Of a stretch of 64,000 nucleotides of DNA, positions 17,871 to 27,572 are shown piece by piece. The stretch is taken from contig DATLDE010000011.1 of assembly GCA_035526025.1 (NCBI GenBank), positions 49,374 to 113,373 of the forward strand, in the 5' to 3' direction. Every line of letters starts with the position of its first letter. The stretch's first letter is position 1. The stretch comes from Candidatus Limnocylindrales bacterium (GTDB taxonomy: Bacteria; Patescibacteriota; Microgenomatia; Levybacterales; UBA12049). The position numbers were made by a program, and so were the translations under genes. Under the pieces are notes generated by a model, which saw only the letters and a list, made by a program, of their open reading frames with translations, was not told where the DNA came from and searched no databases.

Positions 17871-18767
17871 ATGATGCAAGCCGAAAGAAGACCGAGCCGA
17901 TATGAGTTTGGTGATCTAAATAGAAGTCTTTTAAAGGATCTTCGCATTGTCCATTTGCCAGAAACCACCAGCACAATGGATTTAGTTGATGGATTAGCCA
18001 GATCATGGGCAAAAACAAAACGCGAATTCATACCCCCAGTTGTAATAATTGCGGATCATCAAACTGCAGGAATCGGCAGAGGAGATTTGGGAGAAGAAAA
18101 AAAGTGGCATGACATACCCGAGCTATCTATGCTTTTTAGCATTTTTATTCCAAAAGACAGAATAGAAGAAGAAAATCTACCCGAGTTATCAGATTTGGTT
18201 GCATTAAGAACATGCATGGCACTTAGAAAAGCAGGAGGAAATTTTCTTATAAAAGCCCCCAATGACATTGTTGACGCAGATACTGGTAAAAAGGTTAGCG
18301 GACTTCTTGTTAGATCGATTTATTCAGATGAAGGAGAATATTTGGGAGCAAATGTTGGAGTAGGTACAAATGTTCATTATAGAGATAATCAATTAGCTAA
18401 TTTTCCTGTGGAACCTGAATATGGAGCAATCTCAGTAGATAGCGCAACTGGTCAATTCAATAGTAGACAAGATTTATTGGTTGATATCTTAACTGGTATT
18501 TCCACAGTTGTTCCGGAAGCCGCCACTATCAATAAGGGAAGTGTTCATAACCCAACATCTGTTCATGCTATACAAAATGCCGAATGGAGAAGGCATTCAT
18601 ATTTACTAAATGAAAGGGTAGTAGTTAGAGAAGGTGAACAAGTCGTAGCCGAGGGAACAGTTGTTGACACAGAAATTGGTAACGGATTTATATTGAGATC
18701 AAATGATGGAATTGAGCATGCGGTACCGGTTTTTGGAACAGATACGAAGGTGAGGTTAGCTTCATGA
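17871..18767 (+). CDS. birA: Biotin-protein ligase (group I, no HTH), copy 1
   Basis: TTSTMD, ADHQTAGIGRG, IKAPNDI, KKVSGLL, GVGTNV, SH3-like C-terminus. Confidence 0.85.
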   Translation: MMQAERRPSRYEFGDLNRSLLKDLRIVHLPETTSTMDLVDGLARSWAKTKREFIPPVVIIADHQTAGIGRGDLGEEKKWHDIPELSMLFSIFIPKDRIEEENLPELSDLVALRTCMALRKAGGNFLIKAPNDIVDADTGKKVSGLLVRSIYSDEGEYLGANVGVGTNVHYRDNQLANFPVEPEYGAISVDSATGQFNSRQDLLVDILTGISTVVPEAATINKGSVHNPTSVHAIQNAEWRRHSYLLNERVVVREGEQVVAEGTVVDTEIGNGFILRSNDGIEHAVPVFGTDTKVRLAS

Positions 18768-19446
18768 TTGGTGAAGGATTTAGGAGATTACCCAGACCCG
18801 AAGGAGATGGCCATCCAACTAGAGAAGTACGGGGAAATGTTACTAGAAGTATCGAGCGTTTAAGGCCAGATTCCATAGCAGTTGAGTTAGTGCCACCTCA
18901 TGAGCTTATGCCATTTATTCTTCCTCCAAGTGCCGAAGGGGTAGTGCAAGCAATAGCGGCATTCGCAATCAGTGGAGAAACCCGTACTGCAGTTTGCGAA
19001 TTTGAAGATCGCAGAAACGATACGGTAACAAGAATTACTCTTGAAAATCCAACTGGTGATCCTTTCAACATGAGAATTACCCTTTCCAGTCCAGACAGAG
19101 AAGAAGGAGAAAAAGTACCACCCGGTATTGGCATTAAGGTTGTTGATAAAGAAGGAGCAACTCAAAAAGAGTTAGATAAAAAGTAAGACTTTGGAGACGG
19201 CTGAATCCTCGAGAAGATCCTCTTATTCAAGTTGGACAGACAGTTGAGCCTGGAGCTACTCTTATGCTTGCAACAAGAGGCAAAAGTATCAAAAGAAGAA
19301 TAAAACTTCCAAGAGATAAATTTCCCAAGGGAGGTAAAGTTACTGCTATTTACGTTGACCCAGAGGACAACAATGAAGAACTCCGAAAAAAGGGTAAATT
19401 AGTTAATGGTGAATTTGTTCTTGCAGTTATAGATCCAGTTAAATAG
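18764..19446 (+). CDS. Biotin carboxyl carrier protein-like gene interrupted by a -1 frameshift at 19178-19183
   Basis: The -1 frame after GAT AAA AAG TAA reads KVRLWRRLNPREDPLIQVGQTVEPGATLMLATRGKSIKRR...GKVTAIYVD, aligning with AccB FYR.PSP....FIEVGQKV..GDTL.IVEAMKM...GTVKAILVE. Confidence 0.75.
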
Positions 19447-19449
19447 CCT

Positions 19450-22400
19450 ATGCCTGTATCCGTTAAAGAAAGATCAAGAACTCCAGAAGAAGGTGTCCGT
19501 CCGATTCGTAAAATGTTTATTGCAAACCGCGGTGAAATTGCTGTGCGTGCTGCAAAGGCATGTGAGAGAAGAGGGATTGCTGCTGTAATCCCATATTCTG
19601 ATCTTGAGTCCGAAAGAAATTCTTACGCAACTCGTTTTGTGGATAAGAACGCTAACAAAGGCTGGGAATTAGCAGCTATAGAGGGATATAGTGGCGACGA
19701 AACGTATGGAGATCCTAACGCAATACTACAAGAAGCAATTATACATAATTGTGACGCTATTTTTCTTGGATATGGATTTTTAGCAGAAAACGCTGATTTT
19801 GTTAAGCAAGTTGAGGATCATAATGAGGCAAGAAGAAGCCGAGGGGATGAACCTATTCGTTTACTTGCTCCTGATTCACGTGCCATGAGGCTTTTGGGAA
19901 ATAAAGCAAATGCTCGGGAGTTTGTAAACACTGTTAAAGTTGGCCTTGGAAGAAACAGAAGAACAGTGCCCATTGTTGAAGGATCTGATAAGCCTCGAAC
20001 CCAAATTGAAGAACTAATAAGGGATGTTGAGGGGGACGGAAAGAGCAAAGAAGGTATTGGATATCCTGTTATGGTAAAAGCTCCTGATGGAGGTGGTGGA
20101 ATGGGTAATATTGTAGCACGTACTCATGCTGAGCTTGATGCAGCATATAGGGATCTTCGCGGAACAGGAGAAGATCAAGGATTAATTGTTGAGCACTATA
20201 TAGAAAACGCAATTCATGTTGAGATGCAAGTTATTGCTGATCAACACGGTAACGTTGTGATTTTGGGTGAGCGTGATTGCACTCTTCAGAGAAGAAGTCA
20301 AAAACTGGTTGAAGAGTCCCCATCTCCACATATAAATGAACGGCAAAGGAAGAAAATAACTGAAGAATCTGCTGCAATTGTAAAAAAAGCAAAATATTCA
20401 GGACCGGTAACAATTGAAATGATCTTTGATAAAGACAGAGTTGATGAAGACGGGGATATGTGGCATGGTTTCATGGAAGCAAATACACGCTTGCAGGTAG
20501 AGCATGTTGTAACTGAAATTCAGACAGGAATAGATATTGTTGACACAATGATAGATGTTGCAGAAGGTCGTGAGTTAAAATTTAAACAAAAAGACATTAA
20601 GCCTCAAGGACATACTATGGAGCTTCGTGTTTACGCAGAAGATCCTGACCGTAATTTTGAACAACAAGAAGGAATTTTAAATGTATTAAGTCTTCCTGAA
20701 GATGTGGAGGGAGTAAGGATTGATAAAGGATATGAAGAAGGTGATGAAGTATCAGTAGAATACGACGGAACGATATTTAAAATAAATATACATGGCGTAA
20801 CAAGAGCTGACATGCTTGAGCGGACAAGTCAAGTAATTGCAATGTGTGAAATTGCTGGAGTTAAAAATAATCTTGCCTTTCTTGATGAGCTTATTAATAC
20901 ACCAGAATTTCAACGAGGAACAGTGAAAACGAAATTTGTCGAGGAATGGGTAGACCGTAGGCGAAAAGAGGCAAGAGACCAAATAATGAATGAGTTATTG
21001 GGCGAAAATGGAACATTTACTCCATTTCCCCCATCAAAACTTCGTGATAATTTTCCTGTAAATCCAACTTTTAAAACTTCTAACTCTGCTGAATCCACAA
21101 CGCTAGAGGAAAGCCTTGCGCGACAGAAAGAAAAAACAGGATTAGAAAGAGCGTCAGAATATGGAATTGTTGAAAGAGATGGAGTTAGGTACGTATTATA
21201 TCTATTAAATTCCAAATTTAATGCAGGAACATTTGGAAAAGAAGAAGGGTGGATGTTGACCGATGCAATTAAACTTGCACATAAGTACAATCTCCCATTA
21301 ATAACAGATACTTCAACAGCGGGTGTCAGAAACACTGAAGGATCATACGGAATAGATATGATGATGAACTCTACCAGCGATCTAAGTGAATATCCTCCAC
21401 TTTTTCATATTGACATACGGCATGGATACGTATTGGGTGGAGTTCCAGCCTCATATTCTGGAAGAGCCAATTTGTTTATGGCGGTTAATGATGACGCTAC
21501 CAAAATAGGAATAACTGGAGCAAATGCATTGGCTGCTGGAGAGGATTTGCATCCTACTGACTTAGAAGGTAAGTCAAGCACAAAAGCTGCTGACGCATAT
21601 AGAGCATTGAATGAAAACCAAGAAGACGAAGGCGCTCCAGTGCATACTCCCACCCGTCATCACGAGGAAAGAACTGGTGCTGATATGCTGCCAGCAAGTT
21701 TAACAGAAGCTGGGGCAAAGATTAGCCATATATTACAAATTCTAAAATTCACTCATCCCCACATCAGATCAGATCTAGATACACATGTCTTTAGTCCACA
21801 TGAGCAAATAGGATACGGACATATGCCTCACGCTGTTACTCTTTACGATTCAGGTGAACAACGACCCGGTTTTGTGCCCCCAACAATCAGCCGATTATGG
21901 GAAAGGTTTGCGAGTAATAGAGGAAAAGAAAAAATTATTTTTGCACCTGAAACTCCAGAAATCACAATCGGAGAGAGAAGAAGAATAGTAAAGCACCCCG
22001 ATAGACCTACAGGTCTTGACCTTGTTGATACTGGTTCCGAACTTTTTGATGATGCTGTATTTCTTGATCATGTAACTTTTGTCGATAATGTACACCAAGT
22101 TCTTCCCATTACCTCGGCCTTAGTTCGCTTTGGTGATCACCCAATTTTAGTGGTTACTCAAAATCGTCAAGAGAGAATCAATGACGCTGGAGAAAGAGAA
22201 ATATATTACAAACCAATTCGTCCTACTGATTGGGAAGCCACAAAACGTCATCTTCAATGGGCAGAAAATGTAGGTATCACAGTTATGCTAATGGGCGACA
22301 CTTCAGGAGCAGATTCAAGTAGGCAGGCTGAAGACCGGGGACAAGAAATTAAGCTCGCCGAAATATCGCAATTTGTTCAACAGCTAAAAGTGCCAGTAAT

Positions 22401-22875
22401 TACTAATCAATCTGGACTAGGGGGAAGTGGTAGTGTTCTTCCCTTTAGTTGGTATGGAGATTATGCAGCCATGTGGGAGAATGCCACAAGGTGGCCAGCC
22501 GATGCCCCAGCAATGAGAAGCTTTATTGAAGGAGTCTCTCTTCTTAAAGAATCAGACGCAACAGCAGAGGAGATAGCAGCACTTGATTTATTTGCAGCTC
22601 AATTTATCGATGTTACTGCTGAAGCGCATCTAGCAAAAGGTAGGATTGATAAAATACTTCTAGAAGGACCCGGAGGTGCGCATATAAACCCAAGAATAAT
22701 TGTTGATAGTAACAGGGAGATGTTGAGAGACGTGTTACCAAAATTACGACAAAGATATCTTGACGGCACTTTACTTGAAGAAAGAAGGAGAAGAAAAGAG
22801 CATGTTGCATTGATTGGCTCCAGACCAAATCCAGACTATGCAGCACAAGTTGCTGAATTAGAAGAAAGACTTTAA
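19450..22875 (+). CDS. Fused biotin carboxylase + carboxyltransferase beta + carboxyltransferase alpha (acyl-CoA carboxylase-like)
   Basis: BC: IANRGEIA, GYGFLAEN, GGGGMG, ERDCTLQRR.QK, NTRLQVEH, RVYAEDP; CTbeta-like FNAGTFG, AGVRNTEG, GGVPASY; CTalpha-like HPDRP, DTSGA...AEDRGQ, GGSG, GPGGAH. Confidence 0.9.
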   Translation: MPVSVKERSRTPEEGVRPIRKMFIANRGEIAVRAAKACERRGIAAVIPYSDLESERNSYATRFVDKNANKGWELAAIEGYSGDETYGDPNAILQEAIIHNCDAIFLGYGFLAENADFVKQVEDHNEARRSRGDEPIRLLAPDSRAMRLLGNKANAREFVNTVKVGLGRNRRTVPIVEGSDKPRTQIEELIRDVEGDGKSKEGIGYPVMVKAPDGGGGMGNIVARTHAELDAAYRDLRGTGEDQGLIVEHYIENAIHVEMQVIADQHGNVVILGERDCTLQRRSQKLVEESPSPHINERQRKKITEESAAIVKKAKYSGPVTIEMIFDKDRVDEDGDMWHGFMEANTRLQVEHVVTEIQTGIDIVDTMIDVAEGRELKFKQKDIKPQGHTMELRVYAEDPDRNFEQQEGILNVLSLPEDVEGVRIDKGYEEGDEVSVEYDGTIFKINIHGVTRADMLERTSQVIAMCEIAGVKNNLAFLDELINTPEFQRGTVKTKFVEEWVDRRRKEARDQIMNELLGENGTFTPFPPSKLRDNFPVNPTFKTSNSAESTTLEESLARQKEKTGLERASEYGIVERDGVRYVLYLLNSKFNAGTFGKEEGWMLTDAIKLAHKYNLPLITDTSTAGVRNTEGSYGIDMMMNSTSDLSEYPPLFHIDIRHGYVLGGVPASYSGRANLFMAVNDDATKIGITGANALAAGEDLHPTDLEGKSSTKAADAYRALNENQEDEGAPVHTPTRHHEERTGADMLPASLTEAGAKISHILQILKFTHPHIRSDLDTHVFSPHEQIGYGHMPHAVTLYDSGEQRPGFVPPTISRLWERFASNRGKEKIIFAPETPEITIGERRRIVKHPDRPTGLDLVDTGSELFDDAVFLDHVTFVDNVHQVLPITSALVRFGDHPILVVTQNRQERINDAGEREIYYKPIRPTDWEATKRHLQWAENVGITVMLMGDTSGADSSRQAEDRGQEIKLAEISQFVQQLKVPVITNQSGLGGSGSVLPFSWYGDYAAMWENATRWPADAPAMRSFIEGVSLLKESDATAEEIAALDLFAAQFIDVTAEAHLAKGRIDKILLEGPGGAHINPRIIVDSNREMLRDVLPKLRQRYLDGTLLEERRRRKEHVALIGSRPNPDYAAQVAELEERL

Positions 22876-22877
22876 AT

Positions 22878-23726
22878 ATGAAAACAGAAGCTGCAATTAG
22901 TGTTCGACCTTATACCGAATATGATCAGAATAGAGTCAGATCTGCAGTGGGAGCATTGGGATACGATTTTCAATACCGTCAGATCACTGGAACCACCATG
23001 GATGATGCTCTGTCTTCGGAAAGACCTACTGTTTGGGTTGCTGATAGTCAAAGAAATGGCCGAGGAAGAACAGGAAATAGATGGGAAGACACATCAAAAG
23101 CAAATGTTCTGGTAACAGTTGCCGTCGACCGGATAAAACTTTCAAATCCTTTACTGCTTCCTCAGCTTGGTGCATTGGCTGCCTGCAGGGCTGCCAGAAC
23201 AGTTACAAAAAGTGATGCTCCTCAGATACGTTGGCCCTATGACCTAGAAATTGATGGTAAAAAGTTCGGGGGAGTATTGGTCGAACAAAAGGTTTCTGCA
23301 ACCGGAAAACCGTTAACCTTAATTGGCGTTGGAATGGATGTACATGATCAGTCTTTTCCTCAATTTCCTTGGGAAGCAGTAGCTCTTGAACAAGTACAAG
23401 GCATTGAATCAATAGATAGGAACGCACTATTAATTGAATTTACAAAAGAGTTAACTAGCCTGCTAGATATAATCGATATTGTTGATACTGATCCGCAAGC
23501 ATACGCAACATGGAACAACATTTGGATAGCTCATCAAAGCTTAGGAGGAAAACATGTTATAGCAGAGAATATCGGTCCAGATAAATTTGGGGACGTGGAG
23601 GGAATTGCAAGGGTACCTATGCTAGGAAGAGGGCTTGATTTAGTCACAACAGGTTTCGATGGATTGGAAAAAACTGTTACGGTTTCAAGCTGGAATCCCC
23701 TCTCTTTAATTAGAAACTTGGAATAA
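22878..23726 (+). CDS. birA: Biotin-protein ligase (group I), copy 2
   Basis: TTMD, ADSQRNGRGRTG..W, RWPYD, KKFGGVL.E, IGVG. Confidence 0.8.
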   Translation: MKTEAAISVRPYTEYDQNRVRSAVGALGYDFQYRQITGTTMDDALSSERPTVWVADSQRNGRGRTGNRWEDTSKANVLVTVAVDRIKLSNPLLLPQLGALAACRAARTVTKSDAPQIRWPYDLEIDGKKFGGVLVEQKVSATGKPLTLIGVGMDVHDQSFPQFPWEAVALEQVQGIESIDRNALLIEFTKELTSLLDIIDIVDTDPQAYATWNNIWIAHQSLGGKHVIAENIGPDKFGDVEGIARVPMLGRGLDLVTTGFDGLEKTVTVSSWNPLSLIRNLE

Positions 23727-23730
23727 AAAT

Positions 23731-24360
23731 ATGCCAGTTGAACAAGCAAGGAACGTTTTCGTACTCGACATCGGTCAAGTCCTTGCCGACGGTGGACGGG
23801 AATATTTCACAAGAAGAAAAGGACAATTTAGTTTTAGAGATAGAGCCTCTCTTGCTATTGTTTATGATGATTTTGTTCCCCTACCAGGTTCGATAGAGGG
23901 AGTAGGTGCGCTTTCCAAAGTTGCTACATTTGGCGGATATTATACGGTAAGACCTCCAGAGTTAAAACAACAAGGAACCAACTGGTTGACCCGTTATAAT
24001 TTCCCTGATGCAGAAAATATCCATACCTGTGTAAATCACGAAGATAAAGTAAGACAAATTATCAATGATTTACTCTTGAATGAAGATGGCCAAAATAACA
24101 GAAGCGTTGTACTGATTGATGATAACTTGGACCCTTTACTATCCGCAGCTGAAAAACTGGTAGACCAAGACCCCCCCCTCAAGCAAGCAACTGAAAAATT
24201 AATTCTTGTAGGATTTGGAAAAAAACATCAAGATATGCCTCAAGGAGGAGTACATCTTGCAACAGGCATTAGAACATTCTCGCTTTCTTCCTGGGAAAAC
24301 CAGAATAGAGATGATCTTATTGGAGACTTGCAAATGTTATATCAGAGCCATTCAGGTTGA
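23731..24360 (+). CDS. HAD-superfamily hydrolase-like protein (5'-nucleotidase-like)
   Basis: FVLDIGQVLAD motif I variant, T.R, T..WL....FP, K, LIDD motif IV. Confidence 0.6.
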   Translation: MPVEQARNVFVLDIGQVLADGGREYFTRRKGQFSFRDRASLAIVYDDFVPLPGSIEGVGALSKVATFGGYYTVRPPELKQQGTNWLTRYNFPDAENIHTCVNHEDKVRQIINDLLLNEDGQNNRSVVLIDDNLDPLLSAAEKLVDQDPPLKQATEKLILVGFGKKHQDMPQGGVHLATGIRTFSLSSWENQNRDDLIGDLQMLYQSHSG

Positions 24361-24418
24361 TATGGCAATAAATTTACATTTGCAGTAATAATTAAGACTA
24401 TGTTATAATGCAAATCTT

Positions 24419-24781
24419 ATGGGAGCTCCACAAGAAAGAAATTGCGAAGCGCTGATTACTTACACTACGGTTAGGAGAGGTCAAGCAAGGTATGAAATTC
24501 TTAAACCACCTGAGGGCATGGAATTAAATTCTACAGGAATGGTTGCGAACAGAGAAGTAATTAGTGGCATAGAAGAGGTTTGCATAAATTGTGGGAGATG
24601 TGGAATTGATAATGTAAAGCGCAGGTCATCAGATAATAAACATCCATGGTCTGCTGCTGTTGGCGCAGAAAGACTAGCGGCCCAAGTACTTGAAGACCAA
24701 TGTCAGCCTTTTCAACCCCTGAAGGAATTGGGATTAAAGCCAAATAAAGATTTCCATCCAATGCTTACTCATATAAAATAG
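24419..24781 (+). CDS. Hypothetical protein with CxxCxxC
   Basis: ORF preceded by TATAAT; CINCGRC. Confidence 0.55.
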   Translation: MGAPQERNCEALITYTTVRRGQARYEILKPPEGMELNSTGMVANREVISGIEEVCINCGRCGIDNVKRRSSDNKHPWSAAVGAERLAAQVLEDQCQPFQPLKELGLKPNKDFHPMLTHIK

Positions 24782-24834
24782 GCCTACCGCGCGGTTATTT
24801 GAAGTCTTAGGGTTTGACATTTTATATTAAAAAT

Positions 24835-25530
24835 TTAATTTGTGGGCATTATCAAATCTCTTTCCATATCTATATTATCCAATAACAAATTCAACTCCAA
24901 TAATCTTACTCTACTTTCTTCAACTTCTTTAGGAGTCCTACTTCTTAATGGACCCAATATGAGTTCATCCCAGTGCTTGTATATGGCTGCATTTATTTGA
25001 GCGTTGATTAATTCGTCATCTAAAAATCCCGCAGCTGATCTTGGATCCTCATCTGAATCATTGGATCCAACAACTAACGGACGTGGTTCATCGGTAGCAG
25101 CCATTACTAAATCAGTACTTGGTCTCTCAGGATATTCAATATCATAATCTCTTTCGTAATCTTGCGCTCCTTCCGGCAAAAAAAGTGTTTTTTGTTTCCC
25201 GTCGCCAAACCAAATAAATCTCTTGCCTGCACCACCTCTGATATATTTATCGTCTACAAATGGGTCAGGAATTACAGGGGTAAAAACAATGTGCCCGTCA
25301 TATAAGCTTGGCCCCACAGGCTCATTGCAAACTGCAGATACGACAACCCCCCCCTCAGTATTTCTATAAAGAGAGATTCGCTCTTTAGATACGTGCGAAG
25401 GAATTGCGAGTCCGTTCGGATCTATTACAAAAGTGAATCCGCTCCGCTTTGCAAGCCTGCTTAAACGAGTTGTTGTTTGTTTTGCAAGTTCTTGTTCCGG
25501 AATTGGTACAGCAGCTTCATGTCTTTGCAT
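24835..25530 (-). CDS. Hypothetical protein
   Basis: Long ORF; start at MQRHE just after TGCTATAAT. Confidence 0.6.
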   Translation of the reverse strand: MQRHEAAVPIPEQELAKQTTTRLSRLAKRSGFTFVIDPNGLAIPSHVSKERISLYRNTEGGVVVSAVCNEPVGPSLYDGHIVFTPVIPDPFVDDKYIRGGAGKRFIWFGDGKQKTLFLPEGAQDYERDYDIEYPERPSTDLVMAATDEPRPLVVGSNDSDEDPRSAAGFLDDELINAQINAAIYKHWDELILGPLRSRTPKEVEESRVRLLELNLLLDNIDMERDLIMPTN

Positions 25531-25623
25531 GGGGCGATTATAGCACAAATTATGCCTATAATTAGTTTCTTACTGCGACCTTTTTATAAAAAGTGTATAA
25601 TCTAAAATAGAGGTAAATTATTT

Positions 25624-25827
25624 ATGGGAGCCAAACAACTAGGAAAAAATGTTAAGAAAGCCAGGGAAAAAGCAGGTTTGACCCAAGAGGAGCTTGCCGA
25701 AAAAATAGGCTTGCATGCTAGTTCTATTTCCCGCATTGAAAGAGGTGCTGCCAACCCTACGCATTCTATTTTGGATAATATCCGTAAACTCTTGAAAATG
25801 GATCCTTCGGAAATATTCCCCAACTAA
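25624..25827 (+). CDS. XRE-family HTH transcriptional regulator
   Basis: R...GLTQEELAEK.G....IS.IERG..NP. Confidence 0.92.
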   Translation: MGAKQLGKNVKKAREKAGLTQEELAEKIGLHASSISRIERGAANPTHSILDNIRKLLKMDPSEIFPN

Positions 25828-25830
25828 TAT

Positions 25831-26100
25831 TTATTCTGTTTTTTCATTTTCTTCGAAAACTTTCTTAGCAAACACCTGCATCAAATCAGCAAGAACGGTA
25901 GCTTGTTCATAAGTTGCGTTGGGATCTGTTTTCTTCAAGCTTTTTAGAGCTGATTTTATCAAAGCTTTGCGGTTTTTACTCTCAGCAGCAAACTGGAAAC
26001 TAGATTTTGGAATTCTCTTAAATACCTCCTTAAATAAACCTTTTTGGCTAATTTCTTTTATATCTTCCCAAGGCAAATCATCAATATTTGAAGTACTCAT
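25831..26100 (-). CDS. Hypothetical protein
   Basis: ORF; start taken at MSTSN. Confidence 0.5.
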   Translation of the reverse strand: MSTSNIDDLPWEDIKEISQKGLFKEVFKRIPKSSFQFAAESKNRKALIKSALKSLKKTDPNATYEQATVLADLMQVFAKKVFEENEKTE

Positions 26101-26186
26101 GTTGTGAGTATAAATTTTTTGGAGGTATTTAACAAGAGATGTGATCAACTTCTATTTTCACACTATTATTCGGGCCCGAACGTAAG

Positions 26187-27212
26187 CTATTTATTATCTT
26201 CTTCCCGCAATACTTTTTTTATCTCTTCAATTGTTAAACGTTTTTCAAGTTGCAATTGCCGAATACGCTTGACTACATCAATCGCTGAATGCTCATACAA
26301 TTGGTATCCACTTGGAGTATGATCTTTTGCGTTTAGTAATCCCTCTTTGGTCCAGAAGCGTAATGTGTGAATTGTCTCTCCTGTTTTCTTGGCAAGGCTT
26401 CCTATTTTTAAAAGTTCTTCTTGTGGTTGAGTCTCAAACTCTTTAAATACGGCGTTCTTTTTACTAAGTGCGTTTAGGTATATATCAAGTGATCTTTCAA
26501 CAGAGGTAAAGATAATTGTATAAAAGGGCTGCATGTCTTTTTTATTTTGTGCTGATTCAAATGAGTTAAGATATGCAGTTCTTTCTTCATTTCGTATAAT
26601 ACCCATTGGGTACCCATTCAGCAAAAGAATTAAGTTCATTAATAGTCTAGTTGTACGCCCATTTCCGTCAATAAATGGATGAATACTGACAAACTTCATA
26701 TGAGCATCCGCTGCGATTTTAACAGGATGATCATCTTGTTGTGCCTGAAGCCAACTGATGAAATTGCGCATTTCGATATGTAGAGAATTGGGCATGGGAA
26801 ATTCTGCATTTGAGCCACGAATAAAAACCTCAGTCAACCTGTATTTACCTGCCCAGTTATCGTCAATACCGGTCAAAATAATTTTATGAATGTCCAAGAT
26901 GTCTTTTTCAGTAATAAATTGATGGCTTTTTCGTGTCCGCGCTAACTGATTTATGAAATCAAGCGCTTTTGCGTGATTAATTGCTTCTATTTGATCTTTT
27001 AGAGGTTTACCATTTATAACAGCTGTTATGCCCCTCTCGATCACCTCTGCAGTTTCAATACGTGTTAAGGTGTTGCCTTCAATAGCGTTTGAGGAATATG
27101 TAAGCTCAACTTTTAGCCATTCTTCAATATTCTTTCGTAATTCCGGGGGAATTGGCTGATGAGAGTCCAGCTGCTTTTTTTTCTTAGTTAGCCTTAGAAG
27201 TAGATTATCCAT
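26187..27212 (-). CDS. Fic domain protein fused to C-terminal MerR-type HTH
   Basis: SNAIEGN, HPFIDGNGRTTR; C-terminal LKIGSLAK.TG....TLRFW...GLL....T.SGY.LY...I..L....LT..EI. Confidence 0.9.
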   Translation of the reverse strand: MDNLLLRLTKKKKQLDSHQPIPPELRKNIEEWLKVELTYSSNAIEGNTLTRIETAEVIERGITAVINGKPLKDQIEAINHAKALDFINQLARTRKSHQFITEKDILDIHKIILTGIDDNWAGKYRLTEVFIRGSNAEFPMPNSLHIEMRNFISWLQAQQDDHPVKIAADAHMKFVSIHPFIDGNGRTTRLLMNLILLLNGYPMGIIRNEERTAYLNSFESAQNKKDMQPFYTIIFTSVERSLDIYLNALSKKNAVFKEFETQPQEELLKIGSLAKKTGETIHTLRFWTKEGLLNAKDHTPSGYQLYEHSAIDVVKRIRQLQLEKRLTIEEIKKVLREEDNK

Positions 27213-27218
27213 TCATAA

Positions 27219-27248
27219 AGTATAAAGCATCACTTCATGCTTTGTCAA
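27219..27248 (-). promoter_or_regulatory. Promoter with inverted-repeat operator in the spacer
   Basis: TTGACA-AAGCATGAAGTGATGCTT-TATACT on the minus strand (18-nt spacer, AAGCAT/ATGCTT dyad). Confidence 0.7.
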
Positions 27249-27263
27249 GTGGACAAGTTAAAA

Positions 27264-27461
27264 TTAATCACGCCTGACCCAAAACTCTAGAACACGTCTT
27301 TTCTGGGGATCAATAGTGATTTTGTCCCAATATTTCTTAAGATGTTTTGTATCAATTTTCTCTCCCTCTAAACCATAATTTATCAATTGCTCAAGCTTCC
27401 AAATAACATGTTTTTCAGAATTTTTCTCAAGTATTGCTGTGTCCGTACTCCAATTATGCAT
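27264..27461 (-). CDS. Small conserved hypothetical protein
   Basis: M.NWS.D...W.LEQLINYGL..EKI....L..YW....ID pattern recalled from CPR TA-like loci. Confidence 0.6.
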   Translation of the reverse strand: MHNWSTDTAILEKNSEKHVIWKLEQLINYGLEGEKIDTKHLKKYWDKITIDPQKRRVLEFWVRRD

Positions 27462-27572
27462 AAGTCTATTCTACCAGATCCTAAGCGAATATTCAGCATA
27501 AACGGATGGCCTCAATTTAGCCTCAAAACAGCACTTGACAGAAATGGGCCACATTATGTATACTTCTTGTAT

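Noticed and set aside
19818-22846. Multiple short antisense ORFs in the carboxylase gene (and in other long genes)
   Set aside because: Shadow ORFs opposite well-supported genes
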